Position numbers and translations under genes: made by a program
Source of the DNA: Sulfolobales archaeon HS-7
GTDB lineage: Archaea; Thermoproteota; Thermoprotei_A; Sulfolobales; Sulfolobaceae
NCBI GenBank assembly: GCA_019704295.1
Contig: AP024596.1
Coordinates: forward strand, 160,001 to 224,000
Direction of reading: 5' to 3'
DNA: 64,000 nt
Part shown: positions 32,557 to 43,542 of the stretch, piece after piece
Numbering within the stretch: position 1 is the stretch's first letter
Layout of the letters: each line of letters begins with the position of its first letter
The notes under the pieces: generated by a model
Told to the model about the DNA's origin: nothing
What the model saw: only the letters and a program-made list of their open reading frames with translations
The model's database searches: none

Positions 32557-33489
32557 ATGGTAATAGATGTAACTAGACTTTCTCATGTTGTCATACGCGT
32601 GTCCTCCCTAGAGAAGGCAAAGGTCTTCTATGAGGATCTCCTAGGTTTTGCAGAGTCGGAAAAGGACGGGGATACGATGTATTTGAGGGGAATTGAGGAA
32701 GTAACTCACCATAGCCTAGTCTTGAAAAAGGCTTCCTCTCCAGGTTTATCCTATCTGGGATTCAGGGTGGATAACTTAAGTAAGGCGGAAAAGGAAATAG
32801 AGGAAATGGGACTCCCTAGAAGGACTCATAAGGAAAAAGGAGTTGAGGACGGCATACTTTTTCAAGATCCAGCTGGACTCCCGATCTTTTTATACCACGA
32901 TATGGAGAGTGCTGAGGACGTAAGGCTTAAGTTTTACGCTCATAAGGGGGTTTCTCCAGTAAGGATAGCTCACGTAAACCTCGTCGTTGATGATTTACAA
33001 AGGGAAAGGGAATTCTTTGAGAAGAAGATGGGATTTATCACTACAGAGTACTTCGTAGACGATGCGAGTAATGAGGAGGTTATATGGTTGACAAAGAGAG
33101 GTTCCTCTCATGAAGTGGCAATGTCGAGAAGCAGAAGAAGTCCTGGATTCCATCACGAAACGTATTACGTCTACGATGTACATAGCATAATAAGGGCTGC
33201 GGACATTCTAGCGTCATACGAGATGTGGGATAGCATAGAGAGGGGACCGGGAAGACATGGTGTAACTCAGGGGCTCTACATTTACCTGAGAGATCAGGAC
33301 AAGAATAGGATCGAGTTCTTCACGGCGGATTATGAGGTACTTGATAGGGATAAATGGAAACCTATAAGGTGGGATGCCACGCAGAGGAGATACAGGTCCG
33401 ATTATTGGGGAAGAGCAATTCCGGAGAGTTGGTTAAAGGAGTGGATGCCCGTAGAGGACATTGTTACGGGTGAGCTTAAGGGGTGGTGA
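32557..33489 (+). CDS. hpaD: extradiol dioxygenase (homoprotocatechuate/catechol 2,3-dioxygenase)
   Basis: Two VOC domains; [32 protein letters not shown]. Confidence 0.85.
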   Translation: MVIDVTRLSHVVIRVSSLEKAKVFYEDLLGFAESEKDGDTMYLRGIEEVTHHSLVLKKASSPGLSYLGFRVDNLSKAEKEIEEMGLPRRTHKEKGVEDGILFQDPAGLPIFLYHDMESAEDVRLKFYAHKGVSPVRIAHVNLVVDDLQREREFFEKKMGFITTEYFVDDASNEEVIWLTKRGSSHEVAMSRSRRSPGFHHETYYVYDVHSIIRAADILASYEMWDSIERGPGRHGVTQGLYIYLRDQDKNRIEFFTADYEVLDRDKWKPIRWDATQRRYRSDYWGRAIPESWLKEWMPVEDIVTGELKGW

Positions 33490-33490
33490 A

Positions 33491-34960
33491 ATGATCAGGA
33501 AAGGAGAGGATTACATAAAGTCGATAAGCGAACATCATGGTACAATATATTACGATGGTAAAGTGGTAGAGGATGTGGTTAGTCATCCCGCATTCAGAAT
33601 TCCGATAAGAACAGTGGCCGACTATTACGATCTCCACTGGAAGGAAGAGTCGTTAAGGGTTTACAATGGAGACGTAGGCGAGGAAACCAGCATATCCTTT
33701 ATGAGACCTAAAAATAGGGAAGAGCTGAGAAGATTGAGGGATGGACTGGTGAAGATCTACGATTTCTACCACGGTTTCTTCGGGAGAAGTCCAGACTACC
33801 TTAATCTGTGGAGTACTGTGTTCGCAGCCCACGCTGATGACTACTTTGGGAAAGCCTTCGGTCAAGATTACTCTGAAAGAGTGAGGAACATCTATAAGGA
33901 AGCTGCCCACAATGACCTATTTTACACTCACGCTATTGTAGCCCCAATGTACGATAGGTCAACTCCTCCTTCAAAATGGAAGGATGGTTACGTACAGGTT
34001 GGGGTGGTAAAGGAGGAAAAAGACGGCGTAATAGTAAGAGGTGCGTGCCTGTTATCAACTGCAGGCCCTTACGCTGAATACCTCTGGTATCTTCCCAATA
34101 TAAGAAGGGATACGGATCCTAAGTACGCAATATTCTTCAGTATTCCTACGTGGTCGAAAGGAGTGAAGTTCCTCACGAGGAGGGGTTTCTATCCCCGTGA
34201 AAATTACGGTCCTTTCGAGTATCCGATATCCTCAAGATTTGAGGAAAGCGACGCTATACTGATGTTCGATGACGTGTTCGTACCTTGGGATAGAATAATA
34301 TTTTATGGGAAAACTGACGAAATTGAAGGGTTCATGTGGAATAAAGTGAGGCTGAGGACCTGGTTTAACTGGCATTTCACCATACAGCACTATACCAGGA
34401 TTAAGTTTTACGCTGGATTAGCCATAGCTATGTCAGAAGCTGTAGGAATTAACAATTTCATAAATGTGCAGGAGAAGATAGGGGAGATTCTCATCTACCT
34501 CGCGATGAACGAGGCGGCGTTACTCGGGGCGGAGGAAGCAGGGGAACAGCTTGAGACGATCTATCGTCCTAATACTCAACTAGCTATCGCGGCGAGTCAC
34601 TTCAATATGAGAGTACTTCCCAGGATACATGAATTACTTAGATTGATACCTGGCGGTTCCAGTATACCGGTACCTGCGGGATTGAACGACTTCGAGAATC
34701 CGGAGGAAAGGAAATACATTGAGAAATACCTCGACAGCAAGGGGTTAAATCCATTAGAAAGAGTCAAACTGTTCAACATACTGTGGGACGTGATAGGTTC
34801 GGAATCTGGTCTAAGGTACGAACAGTACGACAGGTTCAGCAGGGGAGATCCCACTATACGCTGGGCACAGATATACACTGAAGTTTACAAGGATAAAAAG
34901 CATGAACTGGTTAAGATAGTAAGGGACATAATGGATCAAATGCCCGACCCGCGTGAGTGA
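33491..34960 (+). CDS. hpaB: 4-hydroxyphenylacetate 3-monooxygenase-type flavin oxygenase component
   Basis: [34 protein letters not shown]; likely start ATG 33491 after a GGTG SD. Confidence 0.85.
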   Translation: MIRKGEDYIKSISEHHGTIYYDGKVVEDVVSHPAFRIPIRTVADYYDLHWKEESLRVYNGDVGEETSISFMRPKNREELRRLRDGLVKIYDFYHGFFGRSPDYLNLWSTVFAAHADDYFGKAFGQDYSERVRNIYKEAAHNDLFYTHAIVAPMYDRSTPPSKWKDGYVQVGVVKEEKDGVIVRGACLLSTAGPYAEYLWYLPNIRRDTDPKYAIFFSIPTWSKGVKFLTRRGFYPRENYGPFEYPISSRFEESDAILMFDDVFVPWDRIIFYGKTDEIEGFMWNKVRLRTWFNWHFTIQHYTRIKFYAGLAIAMSEAVGINNFINVQEKIGEILIYLAMNEAALLGAEEAGEQLETIYRPNTQLAIAASHFNMRVLPRIHELLRLIPGGSSIPVPAGLNDFENPEERKYIEKYLDSKGLNPLERVKLFNILWDVIGSESGLRYEQYDRFSRGDPTIRWAQIYTEVYKDKKHELVKIVRDIMDQMPDPRE

Positions 34961-35688
34961 ATGTGCAGGCTGAGATCTCCGATCTGAGAATACCTCAACC
35001 CCCCTTCTACTACGGCGTTGATTACGTTGGAGTTCACGTCGAATTAGAGGGGGTTGATAAGTTCCTCCCTAGGGAGCTGAAGTCCACCGGCGAGGGATGG
35101 ATATACGTATCAGAGTTCGTCTCTGTATCGGGTGAGGATTGGGAAAAGATATGGACAGATCCATACTTCACCCAATACAGGGAGGCAGCAATTGCAGTGA
35201 AGGTAATGTTCCAGGGAAAAAACTACCTTTTTTTCCCCTTTATGTGGGTTGACAAGGATTGGGCACTTATTAGAGGATGGCTTAACGGCTACCCTAAGGA
35301 AATTGCCAGAATAGAGATGTCCAAATTTCACCCCCTGCTACCCAGGTATAGTAAACCTGAGGCGGGTGTAAAGTTAGGGGGGTACGTCATCAGGGGTAAG
35401 GACGCGTTGTTAAAGGTAGTAGTGGAGTTAACTGAGATCTCCAACACCCCTCCTCCCTCATCCTTCGGACCTACACTTACATATAGGTACTTCCCAGCAA
35501 TAGGAGACGGGAGTTCTGTTAGAGAGTTCGCTAAAGTAATCAAAAGTGAGGGGAAGACTGGAACGATATGGAAGGGGAGAGGAGGCGTTGAGTTAGGAGG
35601 TGCTCTAGGTGAGATAAAGGTAAAGAAGGTAATGGGAGGTTACTTTTACCCCTCCTTCTTTAAAATTGATGGGACGAAAAGGGAGTAA
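34957..35688 (+). CDS. acetoacetate decarboxylase-like family protein
   Basis: [21 protein letters not shown] (Schiff-base Lys). Confidence 0.8.
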   Translation: MNVQAEISDLRIPQPPFYYGVDYVGVHVELEGVDKFLPRELKSTGEGWIYVSEFVSVSGEDWEKIWTDPYFTQYREAAIAVKVMFQGKNYLFFPFMWVDKDWALIRGWLNGYPKEIARIEMSKFHPLLPRYSKPEAGVKLGGYVIRGKDALLKVVVELTEISNTPPPSSFGPTLTYRYFPAIGDGSSVREFAKVIKSEGKTGTIWKGRGGVELGGALGEIKVKKVMGGYFYPSFFKIDGTKRE

Positions 35689-35690
35689 GA

Positions 35691-36515
35691 TTGAGATGGG
35701 CTAGAGTTAAGGTAAGAGATAAGGTACTAAAGGGCGAAGTAAGGAAGGGAGAAATCGTTACTGAAGAAGGGGAGTTCCCGTTGACTGAAGTTAAATTCTT
35801 ACCCCCCGTAGATCCTCCCTTTATACTCTGTACCCTAGCGAACACGCCGGAAATGTTGGGTTTCAAATCAAAGGAAGAGGGGAGGGAAGCCCTAGGTACT
35901 CCTAAATTCTTCGTAAAACTACCTAACACGGTGGTAGGTCATAACGATACAGTTGTGATCCCTAAGTCCGGTTTCAGGCCAGAAGTAGAGATAGGGGTCA
36001 TAATAGGTAAAAGTTTATGGAAGCCCACGAAGGAGCAGGTTAAGGAGGCAATACTTGGGTACACCGTCTTCAATGACGTAACAGCCCCTGCAGAATTCAA
36101 AAAAGAAAGTTATTATGCGATGAGGCGAGATCCTGCAGACGGAAAGGTTAAGCGGATGTTAATAAGGGGGAACCACTTCCGTAACAAGAACAGACCAACA
36201 TTTTCGCCTATGGGGCCAGTGGTAGTTTCCCCAGACGAGATTGACGTATTTAATCTCAGTATGAGAAGTTATGTGAATGGGAAAATAATTCAAAACGGAA
36301 GTTCCTCTAGCCTCATATTCTCAGTAGATGAAGTAATTTACGAATTATCTAAGATAATTGAGTTACCGCGTTATACGGTTATTACTACCGGTTCGGTGGG
36401 GTATAAAGCAGAGGAACAAAGCGAGTTTCTCCTTGAACCCGTAAATGGAGAAATGGTCGCGGAGGTAGAGGGGATCGGAATCCTAAGGAATGAAATAAGA
36501 GTAGAAGAACAATAG
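35691..36515 (+). CDS. fumarylacetoacetate hydrolase family protein
   Basis: FVK, PEVEIG, GYTVFND, KN.PTFSPMGP, ITTGS. Confidence 0.88.
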   Translation: MRWARVKVRDKVLKGEVRKGEIVTEEGEFPLTEVKFLPPVDPPFILCTLANTPEMLGFKSKEEGREALGTPKFFVKLPNTVVGHNDTVVIPKSGFRPEVEIGVIIGKSLWKPTKEQVKEAILGYTVFNDVTAPAEFKKESYYAMRRDPADGKVKRMLIRGNHFRNKNRPTFSPMGPVVVSPDEIDVFNLSMRSYVNGKIIQNGSSSSLIFSVDEVIYELSKIIELPRYTVITTGSVGYKAEEQSEFLLEPVNGEMVAEVEGIGILRNEIRVEEQ

Positions 36516-36551
36516 GAGTTTAACAGTAGTTTCCATAAGGGCGAAGTCCTT

Positions 36552-36626
36552 TGCCTATTCAGGGGTATTTTACGTATTGTAATTTATGATAAAGATGATG
36601 AAATACAGTGAATTGTTGGGGGCAAG
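36552..36626 (+). mobile_element. MITE subtype C, 5' part (interrupted; possible continuation 36785-36830)
   Basis: ATTCAGG...TATTGTAATTTATGATAAAG...AAATACAGTGAATTGTTG. Confidence 0.6.
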
Positions 36627-36784
36627 TGGTAATTTACGTCTTCTTTGCGAGTTGAGTTTATTTAGAAAAATGGAATAGACCCAACTGAATGACGTCGTAT
36701 GGATTAGGAAGGATTCGCTTAATAATTTCCTTTATTCAATTCCTATTTGCCACAATTACAATTAGCGTGGAAATGTAAATTCCC
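36627..36784 (-). mobile_element. MITE subtype A
   Basis: Reverse complement aligns over full length with 27365-27526. Confidence 0.75.
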
Positions 36785-36876
36785 TGGCGCATGTCCGACG
36801 AATAGTTGTTGCGGTGTTATTGATTAAGGTAGTACTGATCATATTTATCACAAATATTAAAGCAAACCGATATTGC

Positions 36877-37037
36877 GGGCCGTTCACGCGTTCATTGTGA
36901 ATTGTAATTTATAAGAAGATATGATAAAATACAGAAAATTGTTAAGTTTAAATCCCCCACAAGTCATGGCGGTATCAAATTAAATTTGTTGTAGTTGTTG
37001 AAATAAACTGAATTCGCGAAGGAGGCGTAAATCGCCC
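36877..37037 (+). mobile_element. MITE subtype C with 8-bp target-site duplication GATATTGC
   Basis: GATATTGC at 36869-36876 and 37038-37045 flanks a 161-bp element GGGCCGTT...AATCGCCC. Confidence 0.85.
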
Positions 37038-37104
37038 GATATTGCCGTGGTAACAGTTTCCGATAAACCGTGGAGTTTATGTTATTTTATAAAACTCTTA
37101 CACA

Positions 37105-37660
37105 GTACTAAGACCTAAAGAGGGATGCCAACGCCTAGGAATCTCATAAAACACTTGGAGAATGCGTCAAGGCTACGTTAAACACGTAATAGTAGAGAAT
37201 GGCCAATTGAGATTCAAAGAAAAAGATGTAGAGAAACTAATGGACACTGTCAAGAAGAGGAAAACGACATATACGGCACAGTATAATTAAACACACGAAA
37301 GGACGAGTCAATAAACTAGGCAAAGTACCTCGGGAACAGGTCAAGGAATACGATCAAGTAATAACGGATATAGCTGGATTGAGTGTGAAAAGGATTTCAG
37401 ACTAGAAAATAACACTACACAGTGAGGTGTCAAAAATAGTTATTGCATACCCATGCAGAGTAATAAGATTCTGTTTAGGTACTTGAGGAAGTATGCAAAG
37501 CACGCAATTGCTACTCGCATCGAACAAGGAGGACAAGACACTAGAACGAGAGTTAGTAGAAGACCTAGCCGTCCTAATCTCATTTAGCGGTAAACTCTAC
37601 GGTATAAGGGGTTACAAGTACGAGAGGGTGAGGAAATGCGTTGAAGAGCTTATGGCTTAG
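37105..37660 (+). pseudogene. tnpA: IS607 serine recombinase TnpA, disrupted
   Basis: Fragments LRPKEGCQRLGIS*, RFKEKDVEKLM, EQVKEYDQVITDI, SFSGKLYG, KCVEELMA*; several stops and frameshifts. Confidence 0.85.
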
Positions 37661-38893
37661 GCGCTCCACACCAGAAGAGGAGTGCGTTTACTTAACGTAC
37701 TCCATCAACAATGAAAAGAGGGAGGAAAGCAAGATACTACTGGAGAACTACGGGAAATTGTTACAGAAGGCATTAGACTGGTTGTGGGAGAGGATTAGGG
37801 TAAGGAGGAGAGAGGTTAGGAAAGATAGGAAAGTCCTCACGAAGCTTAAGATTCAATTACCTAAGAAGAGGAAAGTGTACAACAAGCTTAAGGACGAACT
37901 GGAGAGGGTATACGCGTTAGCTTCCCATCATGGTGATAAGGCGATAAGTGATGCATTCTCTATCCTAAAGTCGAGGAAGAGGAGGGCTGAAAAGGGACAA
38001 GCGTCACCTAGAAAACCGAGACTCAAGAGGGTGTACGTTAGGGTAAAGTCAACGCTGAGGAGAGTAGAGGCTGTACGTTAGGGTAACAGTAAAACCCCAC
38101 AAGTACGTTACCTTCTCTTGGTCTCTCACCTGGTTCTCTCGACGGGTTAGGGGACTTGAGCTTGGTGAGCCTGTAATTAAGGACGATAAAGTGTACTTAC
38201 CGTTCCGCTAAAAGCTACCTTGGAGTTCTCCCCTTGATTTTCCTATCCGTTGACAGTAATTTATACACTCTCGATGCTTATGACGGTGATAAGTTTGTAA
38301 CGTTTTCTATGAAGGAGTTGTATAGTTTGAAGTACGGGATGCAGTTGAAGACGGGTAGGATAAGGTCTTTTGCTTCTAAGCACACGAAAAAGGGCAAGGA
38401 AATAATGAGGAAGTATTCTCACCGTGAGAGGAATCGTGTGTTGGATTACGTACACAAGTTTGTTAACAATTTGCTGGAGATGTATCCCACGACTTTGTTT
38501 GCTGTCGAGAAGTTAAATAAGCAATCAATGTTTGAGGACGCAAGTGATTCCCTCTCTAAGAAGATATCCCTAACGGTTTGGAGGACTGTACATCGGGTGT
38601 CGAGGTATAAGGCTCCTCTTTACGGCTCTTTCGTAAAAGAGGTGAACCCGTACCTCACCTCCAAGTCCTTCCCCGGATGGGTTTCCCGAAAGGTCGGTAG
38701 GACTTTTAGGTGTGGGAGGTGTGGGTTCATCCTGGACAGGCAGCTAAATGCGTCTCTAAATATCTACCTCAAGATGTGCGGGCTTCCCCACATCAGTGAT
38801 GTTCCGCGGATGTGGGTTGGAGTTACCCCGCTAAAGCGACGAAGAGGGATGAGCGGGGCATGCCCCGCGACTTTGGTGAAGTCCAAGGGCTGA
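37641..38893 (+). pseudogene. tnpB: TnpB RNA-guided nuclease, disrupted
   Basis: RuvC motifs SVDSN, AVEKL, LDRQLNAS; frameshift near 38070, in-frame TAA near 38209, first CxxC of the zinc finger lost. Confidence 0.88.
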
Positions 38894-39007
38894 GAATTGA
38901 TATGGAATGTCATGACATCCTATGAAGCCCGAACCCCCAAATACACTTGAATTGCGCGAAGTTCCTAAGTTAAGTTATTATATAGTCACAATTTTTATTC
39001 GTAATAT

Positions 39008-39583
39008 CTAAAATTTTAAGTTGTACTTACTCCTTATTAGATCTAATTTTTGGTAAGGATTCTCTACGTTAGGTATGATAACATTTTTCCCATTAACTGT
39101 AGTTACGGACCATGTACCTAGGGTGGAAGAGCTGTTAGGGTTTGTAAATTCGGAAGATACACTGATATTTGCCACTGTTATCCAGGGTATTAATAATTCG
39201 CCCGTTAAGCTGGAGACTCTCCGGGAAGTTACTACTTTTCTTGGTAGTAAACTATCTGCCATGAGAATAATTCCGCTTAATGTGGCCATCCCCCCAAGAA
39301 CGTCTGCGAGTATAAAGTACCAATACTCTCGTATTATCGATACACCTCCTGCTATCATTATTAACGATATTATTACCGTTTTTATCCTATTAATAACGCT
39401 GGTTTGCTCTTTAGATTGAAGACTTTCTGAGATATCTAGCTTATAAATACCATTTTTTCCTGCCGCATAGAATTTTTCTCCGGAAACTGTTCGACGAAGA
39501 GTTACCTCTCCCGTCTTTTCATCATAATCAAATGGAAAACGAGTGAGGATTACGATATCTCTTATTTTTAAATTATCCCTCAC
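39008..39583 (-). CDS. hypothetical 2-TM membrane protein
   Basis: Central hydrophobic hairpin; C-terminal IPW..V...I..V.NP (PH-like) pattern. Confidence 0.65.
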   Translation of the reverse strand: MRDNLKIRDIVILTRFPFDYDEKTGEVTLRRTVSGEKFYAAGKNGIYKLDISESLQSKEQTSVINRIKTVIISLIMIAGGVSIIREYWYFILADVLGGMATLSGIILMADSLLPRKVVTSRRVSSLTGELLIPWITVANISVSSEFTNPNSSSTLGTWSVTTVNGKNVIIPNVENPYQKLDLIRSKYNLKF

Positions 39584-39711
39584 GAGAATGTACTAAATTC
39601 ATCGGGTTAAAAGTATTTCTGTCGTAATGAGATAAGGAGTGATTCAGAGCTCTTTTGCAAATTGTAATTTATAGAAGGTACAATAAAGTTGAGTAAATCG
39701 GTAAGTTTAGA
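39515..39711. repeat. 197-bp inverted repeat, left arm
   Basis: Reverse complement of 41293-41489; no mismatch seen by eye. Confidence 0.92.
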
Positions 39712-39728
39712 ACCCCTACAGGAGAATT
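39637..39728 (+). mobile_element. MITE subtype C, 5' half
   Basis: GAGTGATTCAGAGCTCTTTTGCAAATTGTAATTTAT...; abuts a subtype A copy. Confidence 0.65.
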
Positions 39729-39887
39729 AGGCGATTCAGGTTTCCATTGCGAATCGTAATTATTGCAAATTGATATAAAATAAAGGAAATTGTTAAGTGC
39801 GAATCTCTACCTATTACGTCGATTGAATCAAAAAATCATTATGTTTTTCAAAGTAAACTAAATTCGAAAAGAAGACGTGTGTGGTCC
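39729..39887 (+). mobile_element. MITE subtype A
   Basis: AGGCGATTCAGGTTTCCATTGCGAATCGTAAT...AAACTAAATTCG...GGTCC. Confidence 0.8.
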
Positions 39888-39986
39888 TTCCCCAATAGAT
39901 GTAAGTTATGAGTATATTACTCCATTTCTGGTACTTGTTTTTGAACTTAATTCAAGATCATCTAAATAGGGGTTACGAGCCAAAAA

Positions 39987-41072
39987 TCAGATCTCGAACA
40001 CTATCCCAGGCAAGATCTCGTCTTGTTCTGGAACTGCGGTGAACATTTCAGCGTTTCCAGAGACATTGTAGTAGTGAGATGGAATGAAAATCATTCCGTT
40101 CCTCACGGAATTTTCAAGAAATTGCAGCTCTATGTAACTAAAGGTGGAATTATAAGGCCTCTCCCTAGGTACACTTAAGGGCGCAGGGGTTATGAACTCT
40201 GGAGTGTTAGCGCTTAGAGCAGTGACGTTGAGCACTACGAAATTAGGTTCCATTACCTCGTCCAACAGCTTGAGGTTACTCACGTAAGTTGGTTTCGCGT
40301 TGACGAACACCTTCCCAGTGTAGTTAATAAGGGTGAGGGAACCCCTTATCACAAGGCCGTTACTGAGGTCCTTAATACCTCCTATTATTGTGGCCGTCAT
40401 CAGGTATTGACTAGGTGAGGTGTAAGAGGGTTCGTAAGTTACCTTGATGAGGGTTCCGCTGATCTCGAATCCGTCGAGATACGTAGAAACGTTGGTTTGG
40501 TAATAGTACACTAGGGATTTCACGGGTACTCCGGAACTTGAGAGGTAAGCACTAATCGATAGTGAGATGTTATTGTAAGTTATGACAGGAATGCAGCCAC
40601 CCGGAAACGGTGGACAAGGGTAAATAAAGGACTTATTTACCTCCTCCAATTTCTCGAACCAGGTTCCATCATAAGAGAGGTTTAACTTAGTTATTGATAG
40701 ATTGCACGTCCTATTTTTGGTTAAAGGGTTTAGGTAGAAACCGAACGCATATGAGTTTGACGTCGTTGGAACCAAAGCCTGATATTTTAGCTCAATAGGT
40801 TCGGCGGGATAGAAAACTGCGCTCTTTGGCTCCACGGACAGGTTGAGGTATTTGTTAACGTCCTGAGGAGTTAGAGGTACGGACAAACCTACGGAATACT
40901 GTTTTGAGTACGAGATCTTCTTACAATAAGCAATTAATGTGAAACATCCATGCCAATTAACGAAAAACTTAGTGTTCACATGTTGCGTTCCATAGGGTAT
41001 GTAAACAACGTACATATATAATATTACAAAAACAAAAAGAGCTCCAATAACCCCCTTGGCAACTCTGTTCAT
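39987..41072 (-). CDS. membrane-anchored extracellular hypothetical protein
   Basis: N-terminal positive-charge plus TM anchor; S/T/Y/N-rich with many N-x-S/T sequons. Confidence 0.75.
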   Translation of the reverse strand: MNRVAKGVIGALFVFVILYMYVVYIPYGTQHVNTKFFVNWHGCFTLIAYCKKISYSKQYSVGLSVPLTPQDVNKYLNLSVEPKSAVFYPAEPIELKYQALVPTTSNSYAFGFYLNPLTKNRTCNLSITKLNLSYDGTWFEKLEEVNKSFIYPCPPFPGGCIPVITYNNISLSISAYLSSSGVPVKSLVYYYQTNVSTYLDGFEISGTLIKVTYEPSYTSPSQYLMTATIIGGIKDLSNGLVIRGSLTLINYTGKVFVNAKPTYVSNLKLLDEVMEPNFVVLNVTALSANTPEFITPAPLSVPRERPYNSTFSYIELQFLENSVRNGMIFIPSHYYNVSGNAEMFTAVPEQDEILPGIVFEI

Positions 41073-41120
41073 ATTGATTTTGTCTAAATGTCCATATAAA
41101 AACCTTCGGTCAAAAACTAT

Positions 41121-41278
41121 GGGGGATTCAGACTTTCATTGCGAATTGAAATTATGACAAATAAAGATTAAATAAATGAAATTGTTAAGCGCGAATCCTT
41201 ACCTAGTCCATACAATGTCATTCAATTCATTTGATTTTTCTAAATAAACTGAATTCGCTATGAACAGGTAAACGTCCC
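41121..41278 (+). mobile_element. MITE subtype A
   Basis: GGGGGATTCAGACTTTCATTGCGAATTG...AAACTGAATTCGC...GTAAACGTCCC. Confidence 0.8.
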
Positions 41279-41367
41279 CTATCATGTGAGGATCTAAACT
41301 TACCGATTTACTCAACTTTATTGTACCTTCTATAAATTACAATTTGCAAAAGAGCTCTGAATCACTC
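41279..41367 (-). mobile_element. MITE subtype C, 5' half (inverted)
   Basis: Part of the right IR arm; mirror of the copy starting at 39637. Confidence 0.65.
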
Positions 41368-41489
41368 CTTATCTCATTACGACAGAAATACTTTTAACCC
41401 GATGAATTTAGTACATTCTCGTGAGGGATAATTTAAAAATAAGAGATATCGTAATCCTCACTCGTTTTCCATTTGATTATGATGAAAAG
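41293..41489. repeat. 197-bp inverted repeat, right arm (carries duplicated promoter and first 23 codons of 39008..39583)
   Basis: GTG at 41421 reads MRDNLKIRDIVILTRFPFDYDEK then ESVFM*. Confidence 0.92.
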
Positions 41490-41842
41490 GAGAGCGTTTT
41501 CATGTAATCATCTTACTCGATAAGATGTGGTGAAATTATTCCTTAATTAGAAATGCCTTCCTTAACGATAATTAATCTCGTTAACCAATTCGGTTAATGG
41601 GATATAGGGTTATAAGGTGGTTAAGTAGTGTCTTGCTGAACGTTGTTGGTACAGTGATTTTTTAGGTGCAGAATTCAATCTAGAGGCTTATTTTGGTGGA
41701 GTGTAGTATACTACATCCCTGTTTTACATATACATATCGATGAGACAACTGCATGAGAACAGTCCTTTGAAGTAATCCACAACTCATATCTTAACGGTAA
41801 TGCATGGCGAATACCGATCTCGAGTTCGGAAAAGGCCTATCA

Positions 41843-42211
41843 TCACTCCCTAACCCGTCCGTCCATGACCCTCTTAAGTCCCCTGACCCTCTCAAGCACC
41901 TTCCCTTTTCTCTCCTCGTAGACGTTTAGTCCGTCACAGAGTAGTTTTCCCTCATAAAAAGCGTCAATAACTATGGTGTTGAACTCCCTTATTCTCTGGT
42001 CCAGCTTATCCCTTTTGACAAAGTGTAGCTCTATGGCATCAGTGGGCGGAAGCTTAGGTAACTTGTTACCGATAACCAGGAGGTCATAATCGCTGTACAC
42101 CCCATGATCGCCCATGGCTCTCGATCCGAAGAGTATGACCGTGTAATTACGGCTACAAATGTAGGTAACATATTCCTCGAAATGTCTTTCCTCTTCCTTG
42201 CATAACTCCAT
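41843..42211 (-). CDS. minimal nucleotidyltransferase (MNT) antitoxin
   Basis: LFGSRA.GD...SDYDLLV; likely ATG at 42211 in a TGATG overlap. Confidence 0.85.
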   Translation of the reverse strand: MELCKEEERHFEEYVTYICSRNYTVILFGSRAMGDHGVYSDYDLLVIGNKLPKLPPTDAIELHFVKRDKLDQRIREFNTIVIDAFYEGKLLCDGLNVYEERKGKVLERVRGLKRVMDGRVRE

Positions 42212-42570
42212 CAGGTCAGGAGAGAGAGGATCTCCTCCATACATCTGACACACTTCTCAGCCTCACTCCTCTCTAAGTCGATTACCTCTTCCCCTGGATA
42301 TCTTGATCCTAAGTACATTAAAGATAAGTATTCAGCGCAATCGAAGACTCTTTCGCCAAGGGTTATGTTCTCGACTTTAGCCTTTTCTCTGAGAAGCCTC
42401 CTAATGGAAGGGATGTAGGTTACTGCGCCGGTATTCTGTATTAGTACTCCTTTCAACCTTAGCTCCACTGCCATCACCGCGCCAAAGTAGGCCTCTGCTT
42501 AGTATCCCTTCTCTAGTAGTAGATGTGAGACCTCCTTGTCCCTAGCGCTTTTCTCAAGCCACTTTGCCAT
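42211..42570 (-). pseudogene. HEPN-domain protein with in-frame nonsense codon
   Basis: MAKWLEKSARDKEVSHLLLEKGY*AEAYFGAVMAVELRLKG...YLGSRYP; TAA at 42499-42501. Confidence 0.8.
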
Positions 42571-42780
42571 GACCTAGGATCGCCCCGGTGAGTTTAAAAC
42601 TTACTTAGTCCCTCAGGGATCCATTTTAATATTCAGAAGTCTGACTTAACGTAATTTTCTAAGGTTAAATTTTACGCTAATCTGTAAGTGAATTGTGTTG
42701 ACCCCTGTGAAATTGTAATGTTCAACAATGAAAGGAATTGTTTCTAAGAAGACAAATTAATTCTCCATCAAGATATTAGA

Positions 42781-43146
42781 CAGTGTCCAATGTGCAATAA
42801 ATGTTATTTACTTAATTAACTACTTTAACATATGGAATACTCCATCTCTTAGTACATGATCAGGGAGATAGTACGGGGGGGAATTACGAGAGATCAAACT
42901 CCTTTACTGCCTTCATGAGCTTAAAAATATTCTGTTTTACCCTCTGTTAACTCTTAACTCATAACGCCAAAACCTCTTTTTAGCTTTTGTTGTCAAGAAA
43001 TATGTGGTTACTTGTGCTTATTATTAATAAAATTATATTTTATGTTACTTTCATGCCTGTAATTAAACGGATTTAATTCTAGAGAGACGTGTTTCATAAC
43101 TTTTTAGTTTATTTAGTTGTTCATGTTAATTACACATTGGACACCA
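42781..43146 (+). mobile_element. 366-bp non-autonomous ISH3-like derivative
   Basis: TIRs CAGTGTCCAATGTG / CACATTGGACACCA; right part similar to 30857-30950; no ORF. Confidence 0.65.
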
Positions 43147-43542
43147 TCACGTGTTTTCAAGTGAGGAAACTCCCTTGAATCAGGCCTATTTGAACGGTGT
43201 ACAGTATATTAGAGATAATCTGATATGCTATTACAGATATATATCGAATACGATGACTCCATGAGAACACTCCCTCGTAATTAGCCGAGAATACTTCCAC
43301 GGGAAAAACACATAGCATTAGGGGGATAGCGATCCATTACGATGTCGATCTAAGCAGCGTTCTGAAATCCCTACTCCCATAGCTTTGTTAGAGGCGAAGC
43401 GTGTAGTGCCTTGGGCTTAATTAGTGAATTTTTTTTGAGGAAATCATAAACGAGTTCAAGAATGTAATTGCGAAGGAATTCTAAGATTTTAATTTCCTTA
43501 AACGGAATTAACGTTAGTTAAGCTGTGGACCCATACTTTACG

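Larger units (their letters stand above)
37072..38937 (+). mobile_element. inactive IS607-family element (ISC1904/ISC1913-like)
   Basis: tnpA serine recombinase and tnpB pseudogenes in tandem; right end CTATGAAGCCCGAACCCC. Confidence 0.85.

Noticed and set aside
37641-38893. TnpB as an active or domesticated (TldR-like) RNA-guided protein
   Set aside because: Frameshifts, an internal stop and a broken zinc finger with RuvC residues retained indicate simple decay along with tnpA.
36552-41367. Repeats as classical integron attC sites
   Set aside because: No RYYYAAC/GTTRRRY cores, no IntI in the window, and one copy has an 8-bp target duplication typical of DDE transposition.
41731-43290. Weak ~48-nt similarity between 41731-41778 and 43238-43286 (CATGAGAACA core)
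   Set aside because: Too short and diverged to assign; possibly decayed paralogous pseudogene fragments.
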